Positions 15,804 through 26,324 are shown, counted from the first letter of the stretch. The stretch is DNA of 64,000 bases from an uncultured virus (IMG/VR IMGVR_UViG_3300033816_001043) (IMGVR_UViG_3300033816_001043), one strand, 5' to 3'. Notes: generated from the letters alone by a model not told the origin. Translations and numbers: made by a program.

Positions 15804-17201
15804 TTAGATTTCGATGATTGAGTATCTCTCTGAATTGATTGTCTCATTCATAATAGATACTGGTGTCATCTGTTTTCCACCCAATACTGACTTTACAATA
15901 CTTGGTGAAAGACCTGAGATTAATGCAGTCCCCGATTCATCACATCTAACAGGAAAGTTTTTATTCCTTGATTGAATATTCCAAAATATGATTTGTGGTA
16001 ATGAATAGCCACTTTCATCATACATTCTTCTTATCATCTGAATCGCACTTTCAGAGTGACGTGAAGCTTGGTTAAATTCCATATCAGACATAATCAATAT
16101 CTTAGAAGGCATATCTTCAGGTGATACACTATGTTTGATAGCTTGATTAAGAATAAGTTCGAATACTTTTTCTAAGTTAGTACTCATACCCCAATCCGCA
16201 ACTAACATTTGGTCGTAGCGTTCTTTAAGTGTCCCCGAAACCTTTTCAAGTTGGGGCTTTTCAGAGAAAGTAATGAAAGAATCTTTGAAAACTCCTTCAT
16301 TTCTTTCTGAGATATATAAACCTAAAGAAACTGCTACATCCAAACAACTAATACTACCAGAAACTATTGAACTCATTGAACCTGACACATCAACTACAGG
16401 TAAAATTCTTTCAGTTGTACCTTCCATAAAGTTTGGTAAAGCTTTCCATTGCTCGTTTGCCAATTCCCAACTACCTTGTTTCATTGTTTGAACAATGTTA
16501 TAAGGATATATAGCACCAGCATTCACTTTGGTTTCACCTTTCTTTAGTTTTTCTAAATACTCAGTGAATCCAGTTGTGTCGTGTTTTGCAAAAGCTTTTG
16601 TGTATCTACCCATAGCTAATGAAGGAGTCTTTTCATACTCAATATTAGTCCATTGGTTTGCGCACATCTTTTGTTCAACAGTATTGGAAATACCCACCAA
16701 TAACTTACGAAGGTCTTTAGGAGTGGTATTTAATGCCTTTCTAATTGCATTGAATATAACACCCTTTCTTGGTATCCATTTCGCACATAGTCCATTTTCT
16801 ACAATAAGACCACTTACGAACATTCTGGTTGCCTCAGCTTCCAACTTGGTACCAAAAAGAACTGAAAGGTCATCCCATCTACCAAAGTATGGTATTGCTT
16901 GGATGTTCTTTTGAACAACATTTGGATGATTCTCCACAAGATACTTGATGATATCTCGGAAGATTTGTCTTTCACCTGCTCCACCTCTTACATCTCTAAC
17001 CCAAAATAGGATTTTCAATGCTGACAACGGATTCTCATTGAAAGCTTTTGAGAATGTTGAGATAAGTCTTTCCTTATCTTGTTTTCTCATAGCACCAATA
17101 GTAAAGAATAGGTTTACACATTCGTTCAAAGTTGAAGAATTAGTTACCATTCCATTTTCCGTGTAAGTGTCCTCTGATTGTAAGGCATCAATGAAGTTCA
17201 T
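15804..17201 (-). CDS. TROVE/Ro60-like protein with C-terminal vWA domain (DUF2828-type)
   Basis: TENG, RDVRGGAGER, GRWDDL, AKWIPR, MIDAS VVDVSGSM, ILIMSDMEF, IIFWN. Confidence 0.85.
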   Translation of the reverse strand: MNFIDALQSEDTYTENGMVTNSSTLNECVNLFFTIGAMRKQDKERLISTFSKAFNENPLSALKILFWVRDVRGGAGERQIFRDIIKYLVENHPNVVQKNIQAIPYFGRWDDLSVLFGTKLEAEATRMFVSGLIVENGLCAKWIPRKGVIFNAIRKALNTTPKDLRKLLVGISNTVEQKMCANQWTNIEYEKTPSLAMGRYTKAFAKHDTTGFTEYLEKLKKGETKVNAGAIYPYNIVQTMKQGSWELANEQWKALPNFMEGTTERILPVVDVSGSMSSIVSGSISCLDVAVSLGLYISERNEGVFKDSFITFSEKPQLEKVSGTLKERYDQMLVADWGMSTNLEKVFELILNQAIKHSVSPEDMPSKILIMSDMEFNQASRHSESAIQMIRRMYDESGYSLPQIIFWNIQSRNKNFPVRCDESGTALISGLSPSIVKSVLGGKQMTPVSIMNETINSERYSIIEI

Positions 17202-17261
17202 ATCGTTTCGTTTAATTGTGTTTTAAAACTTAAGTAATCGTTTTTGATTTGTCAAGGACTT

Positions 17262-17438
17262 TTAAATCTTTTTTACTTCGTATTTGTAACCTGAGTCGGA
17301 ATTAGTTTCGAAAAGATTCTTCATATTTTCAGCCTCCTCAATAGTTTCAAATTCTAATACTTCACATTGTGTATCAACTAATACAACAGGTAAAGTCGTA
17401 TTGTGGTCTGTTTTGATGTGTTTTACAATAATATACAT
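17262..17438 (-). CDS. hypothetical protein (58 aa; not in ORF track)
   Basis: MYIIVKHIK...YKYEVKKI fills the gap. Confidence 0.55.
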   Translation of the reverse strand: MYIIVKHIKTDHNTTLPVVLVDTQCEVLEFETIEEAENMKNLFETNSDSGYKYEVKKI

Positions 17439-17440
17439 AA

Positions 17441-17713
17441 TTAAAATCGTTTTGCAATATTCTCAATTATATCAATTTCCTCATCTGTTAGAGTTAACCG
17501 ATTACTTCTAATTTTTTCTATGGTTTCGTACCATAAGGTGTCATTAAGTGATAAATTTTGTGTTTGGGTATAAGTAGTAAGTGTTTTTGGTAAACTACCA
17601 TCTTCAACCAAATAACGAATTAGTTTTTCGATTTCTCTACCTGAACATGAGTCAACAAATTCTTCAACATCAATATCTACTTCAGCTTCTACATCTTGAT
17701 AAAAGGTTGGCAT
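17441..17713 (-). CDS. hypothetical protein
   Basis: ORF. Confidence 0.65.
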   Translation of the reverse strand: MPTFYQDVEAEVDIDVEEFVDSCSGREIEKLIRYLVEDGSLPKTLTTYTQTQNLSLNDTLWYETIEKIRSNRLTLTDEEIDIIENIAKRF

Positions 17714-17717
17714 AATT

Positions 17718-18095
17718 TTAATTTTTTAAATCTTGTATTTGAATTAATTTTTCTGTCACTTGTTCAGGTGTGAGGTAACCTATGACATCATCAGTTATTG
17801 GTGTAGTATAGGTTAATTCACCATTTTTGTCAAGTACAGCCATTTCATATAAACCCATCTTTCCACCATAGGACATTGGATGGGAAACCACTGAAGCACC
17901 ATAACCATTTTCGAACATAGTTACACTTCTTACACCACTCATAGGATGGGGTGTGAATTGGATATCTTCAAATTTTTTGTACTTCAAGTCAAGTTCATCA
18001 ATTAATCGTTGATAGGATAAACCTGTTACTTTGGATGTTTCTACTATACCATTTTCAGTATAGAATTGTTTCATTTTTTCTTTTGGATTACTCAT
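17718..18095 (-). CDS. hypothetical phage protein
   Basis: FENGYGASVV...YTTPITDDVIGYLT. Confidence 0.7.
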   Translation of the reverse strand: MSNPKEKMKQFYTENGIVETSKVTGLSYQRLIDELDLKYKKFEDIQFTPHPMSGVRSVTMFENGYGASVVSHPMSYGGKMGLYEMAVLDKNGELTYTTPITDDVIGYLTPEQVTEKLIQIQDLKN

Positions 18096-18729
18096 ATATG
18101 TTCAAAGTGTTTTTACATTTTTTACAAAAAAGACCAGTATCATAATCATCATTATTTATAGCCATTACACAAGATAAATCGTCACAATGTTTCAAACCAA
18201 GAATGTGACCTAACTCGTGTACCATAGTTTCTTTTATAAACCCATTGCCCACTCTTACCGATATATTAAAACCTGTGGAATATCCTCTAACATAATCTCT
18301 TATATTACTATCAAACAATCTTTTATCTGTCAAGAAAACAACTGAGGTATATTCTGAATATGTTTGTAATAACTTTTGATTATCCATAATTTCAGTCAAA
18401 TTACCAAAATCATCTGTAATCATAAATTCACTGATTGATTCTATTTGTGAGTGATATTCAAAATCAACTTTAATACCTTGGGAACTAAAAATATTGATAA
18501 CCTCATTTATTGTATCTTGTAACTCATCAATATTTACATCACCCAAACAAATTATCTTGAATGACCGATTTATTTTAATATTATCGGATACCCTTACATT
18601 ATGTGATGAAGAATCAAATTGTGTAGGATTTGGTTGTTCGGTAACATCCTTAGCTAAATTATCAAAGTTAACATCCTTCAAAATGTAGATGAAAAATACA
18701 ACAACAGCAAGATTCAATAATGTTTTCAT
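18088..18729 (-). CDS. archaemetzincin-like zinc metalloprotease
   Basis: HELGHILGLKHC...CVM...FCKKC. Confidence 0.75.
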   Translation of the reverse strand: MKTLLNLAVVVFFIYILKDVNFDNLAKDVTEQPNPTQFDSSSHNVRVSDNIKINRSFKIICLGDVNIDELQDTINEVINIFSSQGIKVDFEYHSQIESISEFMITDDFGNLTEIMDNQKLLQTYSEYTSVVFLTDKRLFDSNIRDYVRGYSTGFNISVRVGNGFIKETMVHELGHILGLKHCDDLSCVMAINNDDYDTGLFCKKCKNTLNIYE

Positions 18730-18831
18730 ATGATTTATTTCTTTTGATTATACAAATGTAGTAAAAGTTTTTGATAACTAGTTATTCTTTCAAAAAAAAA
18801 TATTTATAATTGAAAGAAAAAAAATATTCAT

Positions 18832-19323
18832 ATGGAAAAGGTACTAGTATTGAATGCGGATTTTACACCTATTAATGTAACTAGTGTTTATAAAGGATTT
18901 ACTTTAGTAAGTAAAGGAAAAGCTGAAGTGTTAAAAGCGAGTGACAAACCCTTATTATCAGGTATGGGTGAATTTATACGTCCATTAATTATCAGATTAT
19001 TAAACTTTGTCAAGTTCAGAGTTCATAAATTGAAAATCAATAGACATAGATTATATAAACGTGATGGTCACGAATGTACTTATTGTGGAAGTAAAAGAAA
19101 CCTTACAATAGACCATATTATACCAAAATCTAAAGGTGGACAAAATACTTGGATGAACTTAGTAACTTGTTGTTCATCTTGTAATAGATTGAAGGGTGAT
19201 AGAACACCAGACGAGGCAAATATGAAAATGAATATTAAACCTTATGAACCAACTATATTTTCAGATATAATCAATTCATCAGTTGGGGATATTTGGGAAG
19301 AATTCAAAACAACATTCTATTAA
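18832..19323 (+). CDS. HNH endonuclease
   Basis: RDGHECTYCG...TIDHIIPKSKGG...NLVTCCSSCNRLKG. Confidence 0.9.
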   Translation: MEKVLVLNADFTPINVTSVYKGFTLVSKGKAEVLKASDKPLLSGMGEFIRPLIIRLLNFVKFRVHKLKINRHRLYKRDGHECTYCGSKRNLTIDHIIPKSKGGQNTWMNLVTCCSSCNRLKGDRTPDEANMKMNIKPYEPTIFSDIINSSVGDIWEEFKTTFY

Positions 19324-19426
19324 ACACAAAAGGACGTGTAAACGTCCTTTTGGTAGATGTTGGATACCTCCCTTTCTTTAGTCGAGTTTATCCCATGTGA
19401 GTCCTACCTCACAGGTTTCTTTAAAA

Positions 19427-21142
19427 TTATTTTTTTCCAAAAATACTTGATAAAACATTTCCACCTTTACCTTCTAGGTATGGACAAACAATTTTATCAC
19501 CAATAAAGTTCTTAATTGATTGGAATATTTCACTTTCTTCACCTAATTCGAATAGAGTGTTTTCGATAAAACTTCCAACCATAGTTTTTCCACCAATACT
19601 TTTTGTCGCTTCAGCCGCAATAGTTTCCATTACACTTTTTGTGATTAAACCTGAAACAAATCTACAATCACTTAATTTAGGGAAGTCAGCTGGTGTTAGG
19701 TTTGTAATTGTTTTTAAAATTAAAGTACCCAAAGTTCCTTTAGGGTCGATACCCATTGTTTTTAGGATACCACCTGCTATAGTTTCAATAACGGTTGACA
19801 TTAAACCTCCACCTGCAGCACCCTTTAGACCTGATAAAAAGTCACCACCTTTTCCACCTGTAAAAAAATTAGTGAGGTTTGATAATAAACCCATCTGTTC
19901 ACTGATTATCATTTCATCAAACCCCTCGTTTCTCAATCTTACCATTTCACCCAATAAACAATCAGCTAATAGTTCAATATCCTTTCTATTCTTTACCTCA
20001 ATACTTTCGAAAATGAATTCAATTCTTTTTCTTACTTCTCTTCCTTCAGTAATAAACTTCTTTGTTTTTTGAATTTTCAATCTTGTTAAACTTTCTGATA
20101 CTAGTGTAGAAAGTTCATCATTCTTTGATTCTTTAAGGCTATAATTTAATATATTACCTTGTCCACCTCTAATTTTTATTCGTTGCATATATTGTATTTT
20201 ATCTTTAAGACCAGGAAAATTTATTGCAGTTGAACAATTTCTTACAATTGGTTTTATTTTGTCAATAGTGTTTTGGTTAATTGGAATTTCTTTTTGAATC
20301 AATTCGTAATAGGACAAAATTAGGTTTCTACAATCTTTTTTGTTAGCCCCTTTACCTAGTTTTTCTACCAATGATAAGGTTTTACTATAAATCTGTTTAG
20401 GGGAAAAATCAGACATAGGCTTACAAAGTTTAGTACCTTTTTCAAAGTAATCAGGATACTTAATGTCGATGTCGATAATGTCGTCAGGTCCCTTTTCAGG
20501 TTCAGGTACTGAACAAATCTTGTACCCCGAAAACTCAGGAAGTGCTAAAATTCTTTTTTGTTCATCTTCCATTTTTTTAATTCCAACCCCCTTCTTTTTA
20601 GTTTTCCACATATAGAATGGTCTATTAGAACTAACTAAATCATCCATATATTGTTGTAATCCTTTTACAACATTATAATACATACCACCAGGTTTTAAGT
20701 CTGGGTCTTTCGCAACATCAGTTATATCATAATTTAATATGCCATTACCTTGTACACTTGCAAATTGTTTCCAACCTAAACTATTTTCTAAAGCTGATAA
20801 CAATTCTTGTTGAACTTTTGATGTCTCAGGATTTGTTCGTTCTAACAAAGCATAACAACTCCATTTTGAAGTTCTAGCTACTTTACCTGTTTTATCATTT
20901 GTTGTACGATATTCTAAAGTGTAATCTGGTTTGTAATAAACAAACTTGTTGTTCGCGTTTTCAGGTTTTTTACTCAAAGCCGAAATAACTAATTCATTTG
21001 TTTCTGGATGTTGAGTAATTACATATCCTTCAGGGAAACAATTCGCCGCGGCAGCTGCTCTCAAAACTGGGTTTTCTATAGCTTTGAACTTTTCTAAAGG
21101 TTCATCTTGTTTATATTGTTCGAAAATTTTATACTTATTCAT
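19427..21142 (-). CDS. large hypothetical protein, probably virion-associated
   Basis: 571 aa; Gly-rich amphipathic C-terminus; TATTTAT upstream. Confidence 0.7.
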   Translation of the reverse strand: MNKYKIFEQYKQDEPLEKFKAIENPVLRAAAAANCFPEGYVITQHPETNELVISALSKKPENANNKFVYYKPDYTLEYRTTNDKTGKVARTSKWSCYALLERTNPETSKVQQELLSALENSLGWKQFASVQGNGILNYDITDVAKDPDLKPGGMYYNVVKGLQQYMDDLVSSNRPFYMWKTKKKGVGIKKMEDEQKRILALPEFSGYKICSVPEPEKGPDDIIDIDIKYPDYFEKGTKLCKPMSDFSPKQIYSKTLSLVEKLGKGANKKDCRNLILSYYELIQKEIPINQNTIDKIKPIVRNCSTAINFPGLKDKIQYMQRIKIRGGQGNILNYSLKESKNDELSTLVSESLTRLKIQKTKKFITEGREVRKRIEFIFESIEVKNRKDIELLADCLLGEMVRLRNEGFDEMIISEQMGLLSNLTNFFTGGKGGDFLSGLKGAAGGGLMSTVIETIAGGILKTMGIDPKGTLGTLILKTITNLTPADFPKLSDCRFVSGLITKSVMETIAAEATKSIGGKTMVGSFIENTLFELGEESEIFQSIKNFIGDKIVCPYLEGKGGNVLSSIFGKK

Positions 21143-21163
21143 ATCCTAATTTAACTATAAATA

Positions 21164-22702
21164 TTATATGTCTTTTGCAAATCCTGCTGTAGGTAATGCA
21201 GAACCTTCAGGTGCAGCACCACAATCTTTCATAATTTTATCATATACTGATGTTGTAAGGATTTCACCATAACCCTTTTCCACCATTTTTTCTTTTAATG
21301 TTGGTGTAAACTTACCATCAATTGTGACTTCCAAACAACTTTGGACTCTCTTTATTTTATCATTAATACAACCAACTTCAAATGGGAAATCATCACATTT
21401 ATTATACATAATTTGTTTTTTCAGTCCATCAGGTCCTAACAGAGCACCAAATAAACCTAATGATTTTTTTTCAGATTCACCAGATTTAACTTTTCCATCT
21501 GGTGTACAAGAATATGATGAAACCTCCTCAGTTTTGGGGTCAATTTTTTTACCATTATCAAACCACACAAAACCACCACCTTCATAAACTATAGTACCAT
21601 CACTTGTTTTCTTTTGTTTTACATTCTTAGACAACGCAACACAAGGATATTTTTTCCAACTTTCAGGCACGTCTTTAAGTAATTCAGTAGCTGACTTAGA
21701 TTTTTCAGATTTCTTAGTTTCTTTATTAGCGGCCTTTTGTCCCGCTGAAATATCTGAACTTATTTTAGTAAGACCATTATACGCATATTTTGCCATATCA
21801 CCTAACCATTTTATACCTAACTTACTTGAAAAGTAAGCTACACTTTCACCAATATAAGTTGCTAATTTTCCAATACCTTTAGAAATTGTTTGGATTACTT
21901 TTCCAAATGTGCCCTTCCCGGCCAACGTTCCTAATCCATAAAAGTTAGTCAAACCTTTTGTATATGCTCCTAAACCTTTAGCTAAAGCTGGTGCCAATAA
22001 TGATACAATATCAACTATGATATCTGAAATACTCCATTTTTTTCCAGACATCATTTTATAGATATCATAAATTAATAACGCTCCAAAAATTATTACGTTA
22101 GGGATTGTTCCTATTACAGGGATGAATGATACACCAGTCAAAACAGCTACCCCCAAAAATGAGGTTGCGATTGTTCTTAAACCTTCCATAAAACAATCAA
22201 TATATCCACTACCTTTAGCACAAGTAAATGCTTTTGAAATCGTAGATTTTATATTATCCCAACCCCATTGTAACCAAGTTCTTTCTAATATTAGTGAGTC
22301 AATCAACCTTTCAGCATATAAAGTATTTAAACCTTTCCAACTATTTTCAAAAACTTTTCTTAAATCAGTTCTATCTGAACTTTCATTGATAAACAAAAGA
22401 TTTTTTCCATATTTATTTTCCCACTCATTAATCACAGAAATTTGATTTTTGATACTCCCAATATTCATTGATTCATATAGGAACTTTCTTGCGGAATAAA
22501 TATAATCATTCTCATTTATCAATCCCATATCAAATTTAACTTGGAGATTTTCCTTTAAAATATCGAGACCTAATTTTAGATTCTGAGAGTTATATTCGAG
22601 GATATTTTCATTTTCATCTAATGAAATTTTTACAATACCTTTATCAGTGAAAAAATATTGTAAATCATATGTTATACTTTGTATTTTTAATTCCGTATTC
22701 AT
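21164..22702 (-). CDS. large protein with central hydrophobic helices and a PG-binding-like C-terminus
   Basis: 512 aa; IKRVQSCL...IDGKF. Confidence 0.65.
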   Translation of the reverse strand: MNTELKIQSITYDLQYFFTDKGIVKISLDENENILEYNSQNLKLGLDILKENLQVKFDMGLINENDYIYSARKFLYESMNIGSIKNQISVINEWENKYGKNLLFINESSDRTDLRKVFENSWKGLNTLYAERLIDSLILERTWLQWGWDNIKSTISKAFTCAKGSGYIDCFMEGLRTIATSFLGVAVLTGVSFIPVIGTIPNVIIFGALLIYDIYKMMSGKKWSISDIIVDIVSLLAPALAKGLGAYTKGLTNFYGLGTLAGKGTFGKVIQTISKGIGKLATYIGESVAYFSSKLGIKWLGDMAKYAYNGLTKISSDISAGQKAANKETKKSEKSKSATELLKDVPESWKKYPCVALSKNVKQKKTSDGTIVYEGGGFVWFDNGKKIDPKTEEVSSYSCTPDGKVKSGESEKKSLGLFGALLGPDGLKKQIMYNKCDDFPFEVGCINDKIKRVQSCLEVTIDGKFTPTLKEKMVEKGYGEILTTSVYDKIMKDCGAAPEGSALPTAGFAKDI

Positions 22703-22705
22703 TGT

Positions 22706-22951
22706 CTAAAGTAGTGTATTTGCTTTACCTCTCGTTATTTTATAGACATCTCTCCATTTAGTTAAACCAATGGGATTTGCTAAACCCCTTGTTGCGCCTG
22801 ATTCCCACTTAGTAACGGTTGGGTATTTTGTACCTCCACCAGTACCACCTCCACCTGCTGGTGCGTCTTGTTCATCAATTTCACCATCATTTTTTTTGGT
22901 TGTGTATCTTTTCATCAAAGAAATAAGAGTATCTATTTCGTATTGTCCCAT
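22706..22951 (-). CDS. hypothetical protein
   Basis: repeated TRG(L/K)AN motif. Confidence 0.65.
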   Translation of the reverse strand: MGQYEIDTLISLMKRYTTKKNDGEIDEQDAPAGGGGTGGGTKYPTVTKWESGATRGLANPIGLTKWRDVYKITRGKANTLL

Positions 22952-23259
22952 TAAAAAATTTCAGGTTTAGGTAATTTATCTATAAATAGAACGAAATATT
23001 CATTTAGGAATGAAAGGATTTCATTTTCATCAACAAATAAGTCATCATCCTCAAAATCTTCATAATATTCATCATTATCTTCTTCAAATAATTCATCAGG
23101 TATATCATTATGAAATTTATAACCAAAATCAGAAATGTCGATAAATGGTATTTTTGTCTCTCTACACATTTCTTCAGAATCAGTGTTAGTTCTAAAAGTA
23201 ACTTCTAATACTTCTTCCAAATTATTCAGATGAAATGTTATTACTTCTACAATTTCCAT
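22951..23259 (-). CDS. acidic hypothetical protein
   Basis: ORF. Confidence 0.65.
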   Translation of the reverse strand: MEIVEVITFHLNNLEEVLEVTFRTNTDSEEMCRETKIPFIDISDFGYKFHNDIPDELFEEDNDEYYEDFEDDDLFVDENEILSFLNEYFVLFIDKLPKPEIF

Positions 23260-23260
23260 T

Positions 23261-23797
23261 TTAGTAATTTTTAAATTTTTTAAACATTTCTAATGTTTTG
23301 TTGACTTGCTCTTGTAATGGTTCAACCATCTCCTCATCTAAATTTTCGTCAAAACCCAATACTGAAATTTTACTGAATGATGGTTCATCATCTTCATCAT
23401 CAAAATGTAATTCATATGTAACCTCGTCATCTTCATCATCAAATGTTCCGTGTTCCATATCAGAACTACTATCACCAATCATATCTCTACCATCAAAACC
23501 AACATATTCTGACTCAAATTCATCATCAGGGCCACCAAAATCAAATGAAATATCAGGTAAGTATTTTGCACCTGTCATTGCATCAGATTCGTTGATATTC
23601 ATATTTGTATATGTTTTGACAACACCCTTGTTACTTACAGTAAGACCTTGTTTGTCATTTGCAAAATCTTGGACATATAATGGTTGTTGATTTATTTGTT
23701 GTCCATATGTGGTCACGAAACCATCATAAACCTTTCTGTGTTGGTCTAAAATATCATTTCGTTCTGCTTGGTTCATTTTGAAAAAATAAGCGTTCAT
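23261..23797 (-). CDS. acidic hypothetical protein
   Basis: ORF. Confidence 0.7.
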   Translation of the reverse strand: MNAYFFKMNQAERNDILDQHRKVYDGFVTTYGQQINQQPLYVQDFANDKQGLTVSNKGVVKTYTNMNINESDAMTGAKYLPDISFDFGGPDDEFESEYVGFDGRDMIGDSSSDMEHGTFDDEDDEVTYELHFDDEDDEPSFSKISVLGFDENLDEEMVEPLQEQVNKTLEMFKKFKNY

Positions 23798-23800
23798 ATT

Positions 23801-25267
23801 TTAAATTTTATTAAGTTGATTTTGTATTTCCTGAGAATTAGGAATATTTTTTGTTTTTAGTAATTCAGCTATTTTTTTCGCTGTCAATCTATCCATTTTA
23901 CCAATTGAGGTTGTTAATCCATTATCTGTTTGGAATTTTTTTAATTGTTCTTGTGTTTCAGCACCAAATTTTCCATCCGCACCAAATCTAGCTAACTTAT
24001 ATCCTAACAATTGTAACCCATCTTGGAATGTTTTTACATTCCCTTGAATAGTGTAAGCACCAGTATCACCTTCAAATTCAGCAACCTCTTCACCCATAAA
24101 TGCTAATGATTCTGCAGATGTTTGGTCAGGGTTAGCATCAGGTATACTATTTAGTATATCATAATTTATATCACTACCATCACTATTTAACAAATCAGCA
24201 GTTCTTTTGACAAAAAATGGAACTGCAACAGAATACCCTCTTCTACTCCAAGGTGCTCCAATGGCATCTTTCGTAAATTTCTCGATAGACATTTCTGCGG
24301 GTATTTTTTCACCATTTTTTGAAATATAAGTAACAAGTACTTTAGAATCGGTGACATTATCAATCATTATTTTGTCCGTTTTGAAGGCAGCACCTTTTAA
24401 ACGATAAGTTTTACCAGGAACAAACCCCAACTTCCTCAAAAAAAGAGGACCACTTTTTATTTTTGGTAATTTTTTAAAGAAGTTTTGCAACCTAACTTTA
24501 AGTTGTTTACTTAATGTTAGTTGTCCTAGTTCTTTTGCTGTTGTTTTCAACAAACCAGGTTTTTTAACAACATCATCGGCAGTGGCTTTAACTCCAGGTG
24601 TTTTTGTACCTTTAGCTTTTGCCAAAACACCATCAAAAATAGTTTTTACTCTATCGTAAAATTTTTGAATATACTTGGATATATTATCTCCATGTTTACC
24701 TAAAATATTTCTAGCTAACTTTGATTGTAATGCTTTTTGAAGTAAATTTTTTATACCACCAAGAATTGTTCCTAAATTTTTTCCAATAATTTCTAACGCG
24801 CCCAAAACAGCCTTTGAAGCAAATCCTCTACCTGTTTTTATTGCATTTTTTAAAACTGGGGCAACAGCTTGTAGTGGACCGGGTAATATTACAAAAGCAA
24901 AAGTTATTGCTGCCATAGTGTATAGTGAATCTCTCTCCTCAGCAGGTTTAAATTGAGCTTCTATAATGTAACTGAGGGCATTCAAAGCATCTACGATAGC
25001 TCCTGAACCGGGAATTACGAAGTCCATTCCAGCAGACAATAAATCAGCCCCTGTATGAAGAATATCACTGATACTCCAACCTTCCATAATTGGAACTTCT
25101 TCACCTGTTTGACAAGAATATATTTTGTTTTCATACATAATATATTTTCCATCAGGTGTGTACTTACACTCTAACAATTTTTGTAAAGGTCTTACCTCAT
25201 CCTTTACGATACCATATAAATTTAAAATATGACTTCTATCTGATTCAGAAATTATAAACTTTTGCAT
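23801..25267 (-). CDS. protein with hydrophobic segment and C-terminal peptidoglycan-binding domain
   Basis: FQDGLQLLGY...GADGKFGAETQEQLKKFQ; N-terminal IISE motif. Confidence 0.75.
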   Translation of the reverse strand: MQKFIISESDRSHILNLYGIVKDEVRPLQKLLECKYTPDGKYIMYENKIYSCQTGEEVPIMEGWSISDILHTGADLLSAGMDFVIPGSGAIVDALNALSYIIEAQFKPAEERDSLYTMAAITFAFVILPGPLQAVAPVLKNAIKTGRGFASKAVLGALEIIGKNLGTILGGIKNLLQKALQSKLARNILGKHGDNISKYIQKFYDRVKTIFDGVLAKAKGTKTPGVKATADDVVKKPGLLKTTAKELGQLTLSKQLKVRLQNFFKKLPKIKSGPLFLRKLGFVPGKTYRLKGAAFKTDKIMIDNVTDSKVLVTYISKNGEKIPAEMSIEKFTKDAIGAPWSRRGYSVAVPFFVKRTADLLNSDGSDINYDILNSIPDANPDQTSAESLAFMGEEVAEFEGDTGAYTIQGNVKTFQDGLQLLGYKLARFGADGKFGAETQEQLKKFQTDNGLTTSIGKMDRLTAKKIAELLKTKNIPNSQEIQNQLNKI

Positions 25268-25308
25268 ATTGTTTTTTTTTAATAAATACTATAAACTATT
25301 TTGTTTAA

Positions 25309-25605
25309 TCAAATGTTATCCAATAATTGTTTTTTTGTTATGGTATAACTTTCTTCTATTTTTTTCTTTTTCTTTTTTTTGTTAAAATCTTTTTCATACA
25401 TCCACTTATCAGCATCTTCTAATAAATTATAAGTTCTGCCATTATCCCATTTGACATTATATTGTTTGTGTCCAAACACAACTACATATGGATTATTAAA
25501 CTTATCTATAGGAACAACAACACCTCCTTCGTAAGTCATATTTGGTTCACCTTCCATAGTTAGTAGAATAACTCTATCACCAACCTTTAATTCTGGATTA
25601 ATCAT
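25309..25605 (-). CDS. hypothetical SH3-like protein
   Basis: LKVGDRV...VKWDNG. Confidence 0.6.
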   Translation of the reverse strand: MINPELKVGDRVILLTMEGEPNMTYEGGVVVPIDKFNNPYVVVFGHKQYNVKWDNGRTYNLLEDADKWMYEKDFNKKKKKKKIEESYTITKKQLLDNI

Positions 25606-25648
25606 AATTTTAGTTTTGTATATAAATATTTATACAATATTTATTATT

Positions 25649-26272
25649 ATGAAAATTATAATCACCGAACAACAAAAAAGAATAATTATCACTGAAAGTA
25701 CTGGTGAGGAACTTGGTAATTTAATCAAACAAAATACTGAAAGGGTAAAAAAAATTGTAAATGAAGCTCAAGACCAAATTGGTATGAACTTACAATTTTT
25801 ATTAACTTGGGGTGCTGGTATTGGTGGTTTTATGGGTCCTGTTGAAGATTTCGTAAGAGGAAAATATCCTGAGATTGATGAGAACGAGTTAGTTTTAATT
25901 TTGATTGGTATAATTGCAACATATTTTATAGACAACAAAAAAATTGTTACAAAAATCTATACAAAAATACAAGAGGATGGTTTGAGTGGGATTTTTGATA
26001 GAATATTGAAAAAAACTGATACATTCACAAATACATTTATCAATTTTATTGATAGCTTGGGTTTAACTTTCCACAAAATAACAAATATGTTAAGCTATAC
26101 TTTTATTATCCCAATATTACCTATGATATATCAAATGGTTGAAGATGGAAGTACTGAAAATGTGGATTTGAAACAATTAGCTATCAGAATTATTAGTTTT
26201 ACAGGTTTAACACTTTCAGGTATCATCTTCAAAGAATTATTATCCAAATTAGTTAAAAGATTCAAATCATAA
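25649..26272 (+). CDS. membrane protein with MKIIITEQQ leader (start revised)
   Basis: ATG at 25649 after TATTTAT. Confidence 0.7.
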   Translation: MKIIITEQQKRIIITESTGEELGNLIKQNTERVKKIVNEAQDQIGMNLQFLLTWGAGIGGFMGPVEDFVRGKYPEIDENELVLILIGIIATYFIDNKKIVTKIYTKIQEDGLSGIFDRILKKTDTFTNTFINFIDSLGLTFHKITNMLSYTFIIPILPMIYQMVEDGSTENVDLKQLAIRIISFTGLTLSGIIFKELLSKLVKRFKS

Positions 26273-26324
26273 TATTTGAGTTTTCAAGATTTATATTTTA
26301 TCCTTAAATCAAAAAGGATAAATT

